A stretch of DNA of 64,000 nucleotides from Gammaproteobacteria bacterium (GTDB lineage: Bacteria > Pseudomonadota > Gammaproteobacteria > Acidiferrobacterales > UBA6901). Of this stretch, positions 52,864 to 62,850 are shown one piece after another. The translations under genes were made by a program, and so were the position numbers. The stretch spans positions 26,231-90,230 of the forward strand of contig JAPTTX010000030.1 of NCBI GenBank assembly GCA_028068195.1, given 5' to 3'. The number at the start of each line of letters is the position of its first letter. The first letter of the stretch is position 1. The notes under the pieces were generated by a model, which ran no database searches, was not told where the DNA came from, and saw nothing but the letters and a program-made list of their open reading frames with translations.

Positions 52864-54600
52864 ATGCGGATTTCGGTCGCCGCGCACACGACTTTGTCAC
52901 AGATGTTCCTGGCGCGTATCGAGGATACGCCGCATAAGCCGGCCTACCGCCAGTATTACCCCGATCCCGGCGCCCTCCGGGACACCAGCCGCGGCCATTG
53001 GCGGGATATCACCTGGGAACAGGCGGGGCATGAAGTGGGACGCTGGCGGGCGGCACTGCGTAGCGAGGGGCTCAGGCCCGGAGACCGGGTGGCGCTGTGT
53101 ATGCGAAACCGGGTCGAGTGGGTCCTGTTTGATCAGGCGGCCCTAGGCCTCGGGCTGGTCGTGGTGCCGCTGTTCTACAATGACAGGCCAGACAACATGG
53201 CCTGGTGCATGAATGATGCTGGCGTGCGCCTTTTGCTCCTGGAGGACGGCCAGCTGTGGCGCGTCCTGCACAACCAGGTGCCGATGCTGGCGCGTGTAGT
53301 CTGTATCCACAGCGCCCCGGCGGACGATGGCACCGCAGTTGCGGTATCCTCCTGGCTACCGGCGCAGGGCGAGTCGCTGGATCCCGGTCCCGCGCGCGCC
53401 GCAGACTTGGCAACCCTGGTCTACACCTCGGGCACAACCGGGCGGCCGAAAGGTGTGATGCTGAGTCACCGCAATGTCGCAAGCAACGTCAGCGCCAGCC
53501 TCGATGCCGTGCCTACCGTAAATGCGGATGACATCTTCCTGTCCTTCCTGCCGCTGTCGCACATGTTCGAACGTACTGTCGGTTATTATCTGTCTCTCTG
53601 CATCGGAGCCCGCACCGTTTTTGCGCGCGGTATACCGGAACTGTCGGAAGATTTGCTGAGCCAGCGTCCGACGGTGCTAGTATGCGTACCGCGCATCTTC
53701 GAGCGCATCTACGCGCGCATGCAGGAGAGCCTGCCGCCATACTCGCTCCGGCGCCGTCTTTTCGATTTGTCGGTGGACATCGGGTGGCGGCGGTTTACTG
53801 GGCAGGTGCGGGTCCGAGACAGACTGCTGTGGCCCGTGCTTGACATACTCGTTGCACGCAAACTGCGACAACGCCTCGGGGGGCGCATGCGGCTGGCAGT
53901 CTCGGGCGCTGCTGCGCTCGCGCCACAGCTGTCGCGCACATTTCTGGGGCTCGGATTGCCTCTGCTCCAGGGGTATGGCCTTACCGAGTTTTCGCCCGTC
54001 GTGAGCTGCAACCGCCTCGGTGACAACGACCCCTTGTCGGTTGGACGACCGGTCACCGGAATCGAGGCCAGAACCCTCGACAACGGCGAACTTGTGGTGC
54101 GCGGTCCGGCAGTAATGCTCGGTTACTGGAACAATACGGCCGCCACATCCGCCGTGATCGACGGCGACGGCTGGTTGCATACGGGAGATATTGCGCGCAT
54201 CGAAGGCGGGCGAATTTATATCGTCGGACGTGCCAAGGAGATTATCGTGCTCAGCAATGGCGAGAAAGTGCCGCCGGCGGATGCCGAACAGATGATCATG
54301 CTCGATCCGATCTTCCAGCAGGTAATGGTGGTGGGTGAAGGCCGTCCCCATCTGGGTCTTCTGGTAGTGAGCGCGCTTGCCGACGAACGCGCCCTGTGCC
54401 AGAGAGCCAATGACCAGCTTCGGTCCTTTCCGGGATATGCGCGTGTGCGCCACATTGCGCGAATCTCCGAGCCGTGGACGGTCGAGAATCATCTGCTCAC
54501 GCCGACGCTTAAGCTGCGCAGGAACAAGATCGAAGAGCGTTTTTCCAGGGAAATCGAGGAAATGTACCGCGATCGGGATCTATGCCACGACTCCCGGTGA
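52864..54600 (+). CDS. Long-chain acyl-CoA synthetase (AMP-forming)
   Basis: 'LVYTSGTTGRPKGVMLSHRN' is the AMP-binding motif. 'GYGLTE' and 'GWLHTGDIA' are present. The gene starts 3 nt after the fadJ stop. Confidence 0.9.
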   Translation: MRISVAAHTTLSQMFLARIEDTPHKPAYRQYYPDPGALRDTSRGHWRDITWEQAGHEVGRWRAALRSEGLRPGDRVALCMRNRVEWVLFDQAALGLGLVVVPLFYNDRPDNMAWCMNDAGVRLLLLEDGQLWRVLHNQVPMLARVVCIHSAPADDGTAVAVSSWLPAQGESLDPGPARAADLATLVYTSGTTGRPKGVMLSHRNVASNVSASLDAVPTVNADDIFLSFLPLSHMFERTVGYYLSLCIGARTVFARGIPELSEDLLSQRPTVLVCVPRIFERIYARMQESLPPYSLRRRLFDLSVDIGWRRFTGQVRVRDRLLWPVLDILVARKLRQRLGGRMRLAVSGAAALAPQLSRTFLGLGLPLLQGYGLTEFSPVVSCNRLGDNDPLSVGRPVTGIEARTLDNGELVVRGPAVMLGYWNNTAATSAVIDGDGWLHTGDIARIEGGRIYIVGRAKEIIVLSNGEKVPPADAEQMIMLDPIFQQVMVVGEGRPHLGLLVVSALADERALCQRANDQLRSFPGYARVRHIARISEPWTVENHLLTPTLKLRRNKIEERFSREIEEMYRDRDLCHDSR

Positions 54601-54635
54601 AGCGGGTGCCTGAAATTAGGATGCCGCCGGGCGGC

Positions 54636-55616
54636 TCAGTCTGCATCGTGGTTTCGCGCGGATTCGCGAAACATCATCTGGTGCCGCACCAGCTCCGCCT
54701 GGTCCAGCAGGAATACGCTTTCGTCGCCGCTGCGCGTGCAAAGCCACAGGAACGGCACGCGCGGAAAGCGTTGTTCCAGCGCCTCGCGGCTGTTTCCCAC
54801 TTCCACGACCAAGATTCCGCCGGGCGCGAGGTGCTCATCGGCTTGCGCTAGAATGCGGGCGATCGCATCGAGACCATCGGGTCCCGAGGCGAGCGCGAGC
54901 CCCGGTTCGTGGCGGTACTCCTCCGGCAGCGACGCCAGCTCACCGGCCGGTACGTATGGCGGATTGCTGACGATGAGGTCATATCGTTCTCCGGCAAGAC
55001 TGCCAAACAGGTCTGAACGTACCAGGCGTATCCTTCCCTCCAGGCTGTAGGCGGCGACGTTGATCCGGGCCACCTCCAGGGCGTCCACCGAAACATCCGC
55101 CGCATCCAGCGTTGCGTGTGGGAAGGCCTTCGCAACTGCTACCGCGATGCAGCCACTGCCGGTACACAGGTCCAGCGCCCGGCGCACATTGACTGCCTCG
55201 ATCCACGGCTGGAATTGTTCCAGGACGAATTCTCCGATCAGGGATCGCGGCACGATGACGCGTTCGTCCACGTAAAATCTGAGGCCCGCGAACCATGCCT
55301 CACGCAACAGGTATGCCGCCGGCTTGCGCGTGCTGATGCGCATTTCAACGATCCGCCGCGCAGCGGCAACGCGGGAAGGATCCGCAATGCGATCGAGTTC
55401 GCTGTCGAGGTCGGCCGGCGCCACGCCGATAGCCGAGCCAACGAGCCACGCTGCCTCATCGAGGGCGTTGTCGGTACCGTGTCCGTATGCGACGCCAGCC
55501 TTGAGCAGCTGGCGTTCACTCCAAAGCACCAGCTGGCGCACGGTTGTAGATTGCCGGTGGGATCGTGTGCTCATGACGAGCGCGGATTGTACGGCATCGG
55601 CCGGTGGGTTTGCCAT
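54636..55616 (-). CDS. prmB: Ribosomal protein L3 N5-glutamine methyltransferase
   Basis: 'DLCTGSGCIAVA' is the SAM motif, and 'IVSNPPYVP' (NPPY) is present with a PrmB-type N-terminal domain. The start could instead be the internal ATG at 55574. Confidence 0.85.
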   Translation of the reverse strand: MANPPADAVQSALVMSTRSHRQSTTVRQLVLWSERQLLKAGVAYGHGTDNALDEAAWLVGSAIGVAPADLDSELDRIADPSRVAAARRIVEMRISTRKPAAYLLREAWFAGLRFYVDERVIVPRSLIGEFVLEQFQPWIEAVNVRRALDLCTGSGCIAVAVAKAFPHATLDAADVSVDALEVARINVAAYSLEGRIRLVRSDLFGSLAGERYDLIVSNPPYVPAGELASLPEEYRHEPGLALASGPDGLDAIARILAQADEHLAPGGILVVEVGNSREALEQRFPRVPFLWLCTRSGDESVFLLDQAELVRHQMMFRESARNHDAD

Positions 55617-55708
55617 TGCGGTGTCCTCTCAAAGCTGCTGAAATTCCTTCCGACCGCGCCCAATCAGGCTGCGGGCGTAGCGGGTGGTTACCATAGGGGG
55701 CGCATTCG

Positions 55709-56776
55709 ATGAGCGAGCTGTTTTCGTTTTTGGAGTTACGTGGATTGCGGTTAAAGAACCGCATCTTCGTTTCACCCATGTGTCAGTACTCGGCGCCAGA
55801 GGGGCTCGCCAACTCCTGGCATCTGGTGCACCTTGGCAGTCGTGCGGTCGGTGGTGCAGCCCTGGTTATGACAGAAGCCGCGGCAGTAAGCCCGGCTGGC
55901 CGCATTTCGCCGCAGGACCTCGGAATCTGGTCGCGGTCGCACGCCGACGCGCTAGCCCCGGTTGCACGCTTTATCAGTGAGCACGGTGCGGTGCCTGCCA
56001 TACAGCTTGCGCATGCCGGGCGCAAGGCGTCGACCGATGAACCGTGGCGGGGGGGCGGACCGGTGCGCCCGGACGGAGGCGGGTGGCAGCCCCTGGCGCC
56101 CAGCCCGGTATCCTTTGCGCCGAATTCACCGGTACCCGCAGCGCTCACCATCGCCGATATCGACCGCGTTGTCGGAGAGTTTGCCGATGCGGCGCGCCTC
56201 AGCCTGCACGCCGGATTCAGGGTAGCGGAAATACACATGGCGCATGGCTACCTGCTGCATGAATTTTTGTCGCCGATCAGCAACCGGCGGGACGACGAAT
56301 ATGGTGGCAGCCTGGATAACCGGATGCGGTTCCCGTTGCGCGTCGCACGCGCAGTGCGTGAGGCGTGGCCCGAGGACCTGCCGGTGTTCGTGCGCATATC
56401 CGCCACGGACTGGGTCGATGGCGGATGGGATCTTGGCCAGTCGATACAGTTGGCGCTCCGCCTCAAAAGGGCCGGAATCGACTTCATTGACTGTTCCAGC
56501 GGCGGTCTGGTGCCGGACGCGCGAGTTCCCGCAGGTCCTGGATTCCAGGTTCCGTTTGCGACCGCGGTCAAGAGCGGGGCCGGGATTTCCGTCGGCGCGG
56601 TGGGGCTAGTTACTGGCGCATTCCAGGCCGAGCAGATTGTCGCGACCGGCCTCGCTGATGCGGTACTGCTCGCGCGGCAACTGTTGCGCGATCCGTATTG
56701 GCCGCTGCATGCTGCGCGTTCCCTTGGTGTCGATCTGCCTTGGCCGGTGCAGTACGAGAGGGCGAAGCTTCGCTGA
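55709..56776 (+). CDS. NADH:flavin oxidoreductase, Old Yellow Enzyme family (NamA/YqjM-like)
   Basis: 'LKNRIFVSPMCQYS', 'IQLAHAGRKAS' and 'EIHMAHGYLLHEFLSP' are OYE hallmarks. Confidence 0.9.
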   Translation: MSELFSFLELRGLRLKNRIFVSPMCQYSAPEGLANSWHLVHLGSRAVGGAALVMTEAAAVSPAGRISPQDLGIWSRSHADALAPVARFISEHGAVPAIQLAHAGRKASTDEPWRGGGPVRPDGGGWQPLAPSPVSFAPNSPVPAALTIADIDRVVGEFADAARLSLHAGFRVAEIHMAHGYLLHEFLSPISNRRDDEYGGSLDNRMRFPLRVARAVREAWPEDLPVFVRISATDWVDGGWDLGQSIQLALRLKRAGIDFIDCSSGGLVPDARVPAGPGFQVPFATAVKSGAGISVGAVGLVTGAFQAEQIVATGLADAVLLARQLLRDPYWPLHAARSLGVDLPWPVQYERAKLR

Positions 56777-56883
56777 AAAGCGGGTCCTGGCAAGTCGCGC
56801 GCGGCCGGCCAGGTCCTCGGGCTTTCGGCCAGCCTGGCCCGGTCGTGTGCATACGCTCCCCGAGCAACCGCCGGATTCTCCCC

Positions 56884-57510
56884 TTAGGGCTGCCCGGCCG
56901 GCCGAACGAGCATTGGACTCAGCACGCGCCATACGTTGTCGAGCACCTTCGGTTCCCCCACCGCCCGCGGGTGCAGACCGTCTGATTGCATCAGCTGCGG
57001 TTTCATGGCTACGCCCTGGAGCAGAAACGGAACAAGAGGTACGTGGTATTTGCGGGCAAGGTCGACGTAGACCTGGTGAAAGCCATCGGAGTAGACCTGG
57101 CCGTAATTGACAGGCAGATACATGCCGACCAACAGCACGCGAGCCTGGTGACGCAGCGCCATTGCGATCATGGCCGAGAGGTTGGCGCGCATCTCCGTCA
57201 GCGGGAGCCCGCGCAGGCCGTCATTTGCTCCGAGCTCGATAATGACGATGCGGGGCCGGTAGCGCGCCAGGGCGGCGGGAAGGCGGGCGCGTCCGCCGCT
57301 GGTCGTATCGCCGCTTATACTGGCATTCACTACATGGTAGGAATAGCCTTGACGCGCAAGACGCTGCTGGAGCAGGACCGGCCAGGCCGAGTGCAGCGCC
57401 AGGCCATAGCCTGCGCTCAGGCTGTCACCAATGACCAGGACGACGGACGACGCTGCGGCGGCGGTTCCCGCATACAGCAAGAGCACTAGCAAAAGGAATC
57501 GTCGGGTCAC
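56884..57510 (-). CDS. tesA: SGNH arylesterase / acyl-CoA thioesterase I
   Basis: Signal peptide plus 'LVIGDSLSAGYG' (GDSL Ser) and 'DGLHP'. The gene is divergent from ybbA, as in E. coli. Confidence 0.85.
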   Translation of the reverse strand: MTRRFLLLVLLLYAGTAAAASSVVLVIGDSLSAGYGLALHSAWPVLLQQRLARQGYSYHVVNASISGDTTSGGRARLPAALARYRPRIVIIELGANDGLRGLPLTEMRANLSAMIAMALRHQARVLLVGMYLPVNYGQVYSDGFHQVYVDLARKYHVPLVPFLLQGVAMKPQLMQSDGLHPRAVGEPKVLDNVWRVLSPMLVRPAGQP

Positions 57511-57524
57511 GGAGGTATTACATC

Positions 57525-58250
57525 ATGTACATGGTGCAGGCGCAAAAGCTCTGCAAGCGCGTGGTGAGTCCGGAAGGAACGCTGACGCTTCTCGACGCAG
57601 TTGATCTGCAGATTGCTGCCGGGGAGACCTGCGCCATCGTGGGCGCGTCCGGGTCCGGCAAATCGACCTTGCTGGGATTGCTCGCCGGACTTGACGTGCC
57701 AAGTTCCGGGCGTGTGCTTCTGGATGGCGTCGACCTCGGTACGCTCGACGAGGATGGGCGTGCGCGTTTGCGTGCTGGACGGGTCGGCTTCGTATTCCAG
57801 TCGTTTCAGCTTCTGCCCGCCCTTACCGCGCTGGAAAATGTCATGCTACCGCTGGAACTGGTCGGGCGCCCGGCGCCGGGCCGCACCGCGCGTGAAGTCC
57901 TGGCCCGCGTCGGGCTCACTGAACGCCTGCGCCACTACCCGAACCAGCTGTCCGGCGGCGAGCAGCAGCGGGTCGCGATCGCGCGCGCATTTGCGTCAAG
58001 CCCGAAGATTCTGTTTGCCGATGAACCAACCGGGAATCTCGATCGGGCCAGCGGCGAACGCGTGATCGAGCTCATGTTTTCGCTCAATCGCGAGCACGCA
58101 ACCACCATACTGCTTGTCACCCACGACCAAGCGGTGGCTGCACATTGCCGGCGCTTTCTGCGCCTTGCTGACGGGCGGCTGCGCGACGAGTCTGCAGACG
58201 GTCAGAATGGCCTGATCGGGATGCCGGAGGTTGCCGGTGAGGATATTTAG
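57525..58250 (+). CDS. ybbA: ABC transporter ATP-binding protein (YbbA/LolD-like)
   Basis: 'GASGSGKSTLLGLLAGLD', 'LSGGEQQRVAIARAF' and 'LFADEPTGNLD'. Confidence 0.9.
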   Translation: MYMVQAQKLCKRVVSPEGTLTLLDAVDLQIAAGETCAIVGASGSGKSTLLGLLAGLDVPSSGRVLLDGVDLGTLDEDGRARLRAGRVGFVFQSFQLLPALTALENVMLPLELVGRPAPGRTAREVLARVGLTERLRHYPNQLSGGEQQRVAIARAFASSPKILFADEPTGNLDRASGERVIELMFSLNREHATTILLVTHDQAVAAHCRRFLRLADGRLRDESADGQNGLIGMPEVAGEDI

Positions 58251-60729
58251 GCTCTCACTCCTCGGCTTGTTGCGGGACTGGCGGGCCGGTGAGCTGCGGG
58301 TCCTGGCTCTGGCGCTTGTTATTGCCGTCGCCAGCACAACCGCGGTGGGATTCTTCACAAATCGGGTCAACCAGCTCATGGAACGCCAGGCCTCCACACT
58401 TCTCGGCGCAGATCTTGCGGTAATTTCCTCAGACCCGGTCAACCCCCTGTTTTCCACGAGAGCCCGCAACCTCGGACTGGAAACCGCGGAAACGATCAGC
58501 TTTCCAAGCGTCGTGCTCGCCAATGGCAAGACCGAACTGATGGAAGTGAAGTCGGTGAGCGCCGGCTATCCACTGCGCGGAGTGCTGCGGGTTTCCCATG
58601 TGCCCTATGGAACGGAGTCCCCGACGCGAGCCATCCCGGTGCGCGGTACGGTTTGGTTGGGTCCGCATGCGATCAGCCGTCTCGGGCTGCGCGCAGGTGA
58701 CCGGATCCGGCTTGGTTCCTCGGTCCTGACAATCGCCGAAATTCTCAGTTACGAACCTGACCGCGGCGGCGACCTGTTCAGCATCGCGCCACGGTTGCTC
58801 ATGAACCTAAAGGACCTGTCGGCCACCGGTTTGATCGGTCCGGGCAGCCGCGCCACTTACCGGCTGCTTATCGCCGGTCCGGCCCCGGCGCTCGCGAAGT
58901 TCCAGAGATGGATTAGGCCACACCTGCAGCCCGGGGCGCGCCTCGAAAATGTGCGCGATGCGCGCCCGCAGCTGCGTGAAGCGCTCGACCGGGCGCGAAA
59001 ATTTCTCGGTCTTGCGGCGCTGGTCAGCGTACTGCTCGCCGGTGTCGCAATTGCCACGGCGACCAGGCGGTACGCGGCGCGACACCTAGACAGCACCGCC
59101 GTGATGCGCTGTTTCGGCGCGACACAGGGCTTTGTCGTGTCGCTTCATGTCCTGCAGATGTTGTGGCTCGGCCTGGGAGCCAGCTTGGCCGGTTGCGCTG
59201 TCGGTTACCTGGCCCAGCAGGTGCTCGTGCGCCTGCTTTCCGTTCTGGTCGCAGCGTCGCTGCCTCCGCCGTCCTGGCTGCCGGTAGTCACCGGACTGCT
59301 TACGGGTCTGGTCGTCCTGCTCGGGTTTGCGCTCCCCCCGATGTTGCGGTTGCGAGATGTGTCCCCGGTGCGGGTGTTGAGGCGTGACCTCGGACAGCTT
59401 CCGGCGCGGACCGGAATGGTTTACCTCGCCGCGCTGGCCGTTGGTGCGGCGCTCATGTTATGGCAGACGCGCGATCTGCGGCTTACGCTCTACTTGCTTG
59501 CTGTCACGGCCGCTGCGCTCGTGGGTCTCGGCGCCGTGGCGTTTGGCCTCGTGCGCCTGCTAAAATTGCTGCGCGTGCACTCCGGAGTGTCCTGGCACCT
59601 CGGACTTGCAGGCATTGCGCGGAGGGCAGGCGCGAGTGTGGTGCAGGTGGTCGCATTCGGCGTCGGCATCATGCTGCTCCTGCTGCTGTCTCTGGTGCGC
59701 AGTGATCTGCTCAGCACCTGGCAGCACAGCCTCCCACCGGATATCCCAGACCAGTTTGTCATCAACGTCCAGCCTGGCCAGGTCGCCGCGCTGCGGCGGT
59801 TCTTCGTCGACAATGGCCTGAAAGGCGCGGTGCTCTATCCTATGGTGCGGGGGCGTCTTCTGGCGATCAACGGCAGGCCGGTGCACGCATCAAGCTATTC
59901 CGATATTCGTGCCCGACACCTAGTTGAGCGGGATTTCAATCTGTCGTGGGCGGCGCGACCGCAGCGTGACAACCGAATCGTCGCCGGGCGATGGTGGACT
60001 GATGAGCAGTATGGCAAGCCCCTTGCCTCGGTTGAACAGGGTCTGGCGAAGACTCTGGGAATCAAGCTCGGCGATGAGCTCGAGTACCGCATCGCCGACC
60101 GCGACATTTCCGTCCGGGTCGAGAGCCTGCGGCGCGTCGAGTGGGACTCGTTTCGCGTGAATTTCTTCGTCGTGACTCCGCCCGGTCTTCTCAACGGTTA
60201 CCCGGCTACCTACATCACCAGCTTTCACCTCGCCGCCGACCGGCACGGACTGATGGAGAGAATGATGCAGCGTTTTCCCAATCTCACAGTCATTGACGTG
60301 CAGGCCTTGATGGCCCAGGTACGCAGCATCATGCACCGCGTGAACTTGTCCCTTGAGTACGTGTTCATGTTTACCTTGTTGGCGGGGTTGACCGTGCTTT
60401 ATGCGGCGGTCCAGGCCACCCAGGACGAGCGCAAGCGTGAGGCTGCCCTAATGCGGGCAATGGGGGCGACCACGCGCCAGCTGATGAAAAGCCTGGCAGT
60501 CGAGTTTACGGTGCTCGGTCTGATCGCCGGATTCCTGGCCGCCCTGGGAGCGACCGTTTCTGGCTACCTCATCGCGCTGCAGCTTTTTCATCTTCGCTAC
60601 CATTTCGATCCCAGGCTGTGGATTGCGGGGCTGGCTGTCGGCGGAATCGGTGTCGGATTTTTCGGGGTGTGGGGTACCCGCTTCGTTTTTACGCGCCCGC
60701 CTCTGGAGACTTTGCGCGAGTTCTCTTAA
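58237..60729 (+). CDS. ybbP: FtsX-family ABC transporter permease (YbbP-like, duplicated FtsX domains)
   Basis: About 830 aa with two 4-TM FtsX-like blocks. The GTG at 58237 is preceded by GGAGG at a 6-nt spacing. The gene overlaps the ybbA stop. Confidence 0.85.
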   Translation: MRIFRLSLLGLLRDWRAGELRVLALALVIAVASTTAVGFFTNRVNQLMERQASTLLGADLAVISSDPVNPLFSTRARNLGLETAETISFPSVVLANGKTELMEVKSVSAGYPLRGVLRVSHVPYGTESPTRAIPVRGTVWLGPHAISRLGLRAGDRIRLGSSVLTIAEILSYEPDRGGDLFSIAPRLLMNLKDLSATGLIGPGSRATYRLLIAGPAPALAKFQRWIRPHLQPGARLENVRDARPQLREALDRARKFLGLAALVSVLLAGVAIATATRRYAARHLDSTAVMRCFGATQGFVVSLHVLQMLWLGLGASLAGCAVGYLAQQVLVRLLSVLVAASLPPPSWLPVVTGLLTGLVVLLGFALPPMLRLRDVSPVRVLRRDLGQLPARTGMVYLAALAVGAALMLWQTRDLRLTLYLLAVTAAALVGLGAVAFGLVRLLKLLRVHSGVSWHLGLAGIARRAGASVVQVVAFGVGIMLLLLLSLVRSDLLSTWQHSLPPDIPDQFVINVQPGQVAALRRFFVDNGLKGAVLYPMVRGRLLAINGRPVHASSYSDIRARHLVERDFNLSWAARPQRDNRIVAGRWWTDEQYGKPLASVEQGLAKTLGIKLGDELEYRIADRDISVRVESLRRVEWDSFRVNFFVVTPPGLLNGYPATYITSFHLAADRHGLMERMMQRFPNLTVIDVQALMAQVRSIMHRVNLSLEYVFMFTLLAGLTVLYAAVQATQDERKREAALMRAMGATTRQLMKSLAVEFTVLGLIAGFLAALGATVSGYLIALQLFHLRYHFDPRLWIAGLAVGGIGVGFFGVWGTRFVFTRPPLETLREFS

Positions 60730-60958
60730 AGAGGGCAGGATGCCTTGCGCTGAGCAGGGGGGCCGTCGCCTGCCGTCGCAGCGGTTCATCGGGACGTAAC
60801 GCTGGCGTCATATTCCTGGTTTAAATTTCCGTGCGGCTCCGGGACCATCCGTGCCGGCAATGCCGGCTGAGGACAGCCGCGCGGCGTTTGCGCCGCTGTC
60901 TCCGTCCCCCCGCTGTGTCCGGACAGCCGCCGGACATCTCATCGACCCGGACAAATAC

Positions 60959-61654
60959 ATGAACTTCGATACCTTTCTGCAGGCGGCAAACTCGACCGGC
61001 GACATCGTTTATCTGCTGGCGGCGTTGCTCTTTATTGGCCTTACGATAGCACTGGAACGGACCTGGTATCTCAAGCGCGCCCTGGTAGCGGGAAACCGGA
61101 TCATCGTCGATCTTGATCCGGTAAACCGGCTCGAGGCGCAGCAGCTTCGGGATCTTGCCGAGCGCAGCGGAAACTTGCCGTCCGCACGGGTGCTCACCGC
61201 CACTCTGCGGCACGATCTCGATCACGATTTTGAACGCCTCTCGGACCGCATCGAAGAGGCGATATTGCGGGAAGCGCCCCGTATTGACCGACTTCTCTGG
61301 GTGCTCGACACGATTGTCACGCTTGCACCCCTGCTCGGTCTTCTGGGAACGATTCTGGGCATGTTTAGCACGTTCCATGTGCTGTCGGGCAGTGCCGGGG
61401 CATCTCCCAAGGTGACCGGCGGCGTGGCCGAGGCGCTGCTCGCCACAGCCACCGGACTGTTTGTGGCCATCATCGGGCTCGTACTGTTCAACGGTCTCAA
61501 CAATCGCGTGCGCACCATACTGCATCAGCTCGAAATTCTGAGAGTGATGATCATTAACCGGATGTATCCGCACTACCGGGTTCCGCTGCAACCGAGCTCC
61601 CATGGTCGTGAACGCTCCAACGCGCCACGCGCCATCAGGGCCGGGGAAATCTGA
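60959..61654 (+). CDS. exbB: MotA/TolQ/ExbB proton-channel family protein
   Basis: 'LAPLLGLLGTILGMFSTF' and 'GGVAEALLATATGLFVAIIGLVLFN' are the family signature. Start chosen at the ATG at 60959. Confidence 0.8.
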   Translation: MNFDTFLQAANSTGDIVYLLAALLFIGLTIALERTWYLKRALVAGNRIIVDLDPVNRLEAQQLRDLAERSGNLPSARVLTATLRHDLDHDFERLSDRIEEAILREAPRIDRLLWVLDTIVTLAPLLGLLGTILGMFSTFHVLSGSAGASPKVTGGVAEALLATATGLFVAIIGLVLFNGLNNRVRTILHQLEILRVMIINRMYPHYRVPLQPSSHGRERSNAPRAIRAGEI

Positions 61655-61655
61655 C

Positions 61656-62048
61656 GTGCGCTACTTCGAGAGGAAGAAGGCCCGGATCGAAATAATTCCG
61701 ATGATCGACATCATGTTTTTCCTGTTGGTCTTCTTCATCATGATCACGCTGCGCATGATTCCTTCATCCGGGCTCCCGACAAACCTTCCGCGCAGCTCCA
61801 CAGCTACCTCGCTGCCCCATCCCAAAGTGCTGGTGGCACTGAGTCCGGACGGCACCATCAGCGTGCATGGCCGTACACTCACGGCAGCAATGCTTACCGC
61901 ATTTCTGGAGAGTCGTGATCCCACCCATGCAGTAGTCACGATCGAGGGCGCCAAACAGGCCTCTATCCAAAGTCTTATGGTGGTGATGGACGCCTGTCGC
62001 CACGCAGGAGTCATCCACATCGGTCTGGCAGCCCAGTCGAGCCACTGA
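61656..62048 (+). CDS. exbD: ExbD/TolR family protein
   Basis: 'IEIIPMIDIMFFLLVFFI' is the conserved TM segment (with Asp), followed by a periplasmic domain. The GTG at 61656 lies just after the exbB stop. Confidence 0.8.
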   Translation: MRYFERKKARIEIIPMIDIMFFLLVFFIMITLRMIPSSGLPTNLPRSSTATSLPHPKVLVALSPDGTISVHGRTLTAAMLTAFLESRDPTHAVVTIEGAKQASIQSLMVVMDACRHAGVIHIGLAAQSSH

Positions 62049-62196
62049 CCCGGCGGCGCCTGTTTCCCCGGCGGGAACGGCCCACATTTCAGGACCTGAG
62101 GCCGACCATTTAAAGTCGTCGTCCCGCCAGCGCGGCTCCCAGGAGATGGCAAGCCGGATGCCTTTCGGCTCGCCGCGAGAGTTTCGATGCGGCGCG

Positions 62197-62850
62197 TCAC
62201 AGCGCACCTACTTTGAAAGCGGACGCGGGCCGTGCGGGGTTGCCGCGCCGCTCGCGGGCGGTGATTAGGGCTGTGATGGCTGAAGGGCATGTTTCAGCTG
62301 TTCCGGCTCCTGTAGGTTTTGCGGCGGCAGTGGACAAGCGGGAGATGTCCTGCGGTGGGAGCGCGGGATAAGCTTTCTTCACTGCAGTCCGCCCTCGGGA
62401 AGGTCTCCAGCCAAGCTTCCAGACAACGACCTCTCTCCCTCCCTCCGGCGCCCTCCCGTTGGGTGTTCCAGTGGCCGCGAGGTTGCGCGCAGACCACAAT
62501 ATCGACGCCACCTGCTGTTCAAGACCTTTTACCGACCCGGCGGCTTCCGGGGGGGCAGGCCCGAGATAGGGAACGATCCGTTGCAGGATGAGGATGGCGC
62601 GCACGCCGGTGGCGGGATCCCTCCCGGGGTTTCTGCTGTAGCGGCGCAACAGGGCATGAACGAAGGCAATAAACGCCCGATCGACCGCCTTGCGGATGTC
62701 CGCACGCAGGCGGTTGCCCTGCTCCAGTTGTGCATGCAGGACCGCACCGTCCGTTGTCTGGCGCAATGTGCCCGGTACGGACACCCGGGAAACGAGCCGC
62801 TGCGCTAATCCAGGGCCATGTCCCATCTGGCTAACGTAAAAACCCAGCAA
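62197..62850 (-). CDS. Hypothetical protein (weak call)
   Basis: This is the longest ORF in an otherwise unassigned 1-kb stretch. Codon bias is acceptable in the 5' half only, and I recognise no motif. Confidence 0.3.
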   Translation of the reverse strand: MLGFYVSQMGHGPGLAQRLVSRVSVPGTLRQTTDGAVLHAQLEQGNRLRADIRKAVDRAFIAFVHALLRRYSRNPGRDPATGVRAILILQRIVPYLGPAPPEAAGSVKGLEQQVASILWSARNLAATGTPNGRAPEGGREVVVWKLGWRPSRGRTAVKKAYPALPPQDISRLSTAAAKPTGAGTAETCPSAITALITARERRGNPARPASAFKVGAL

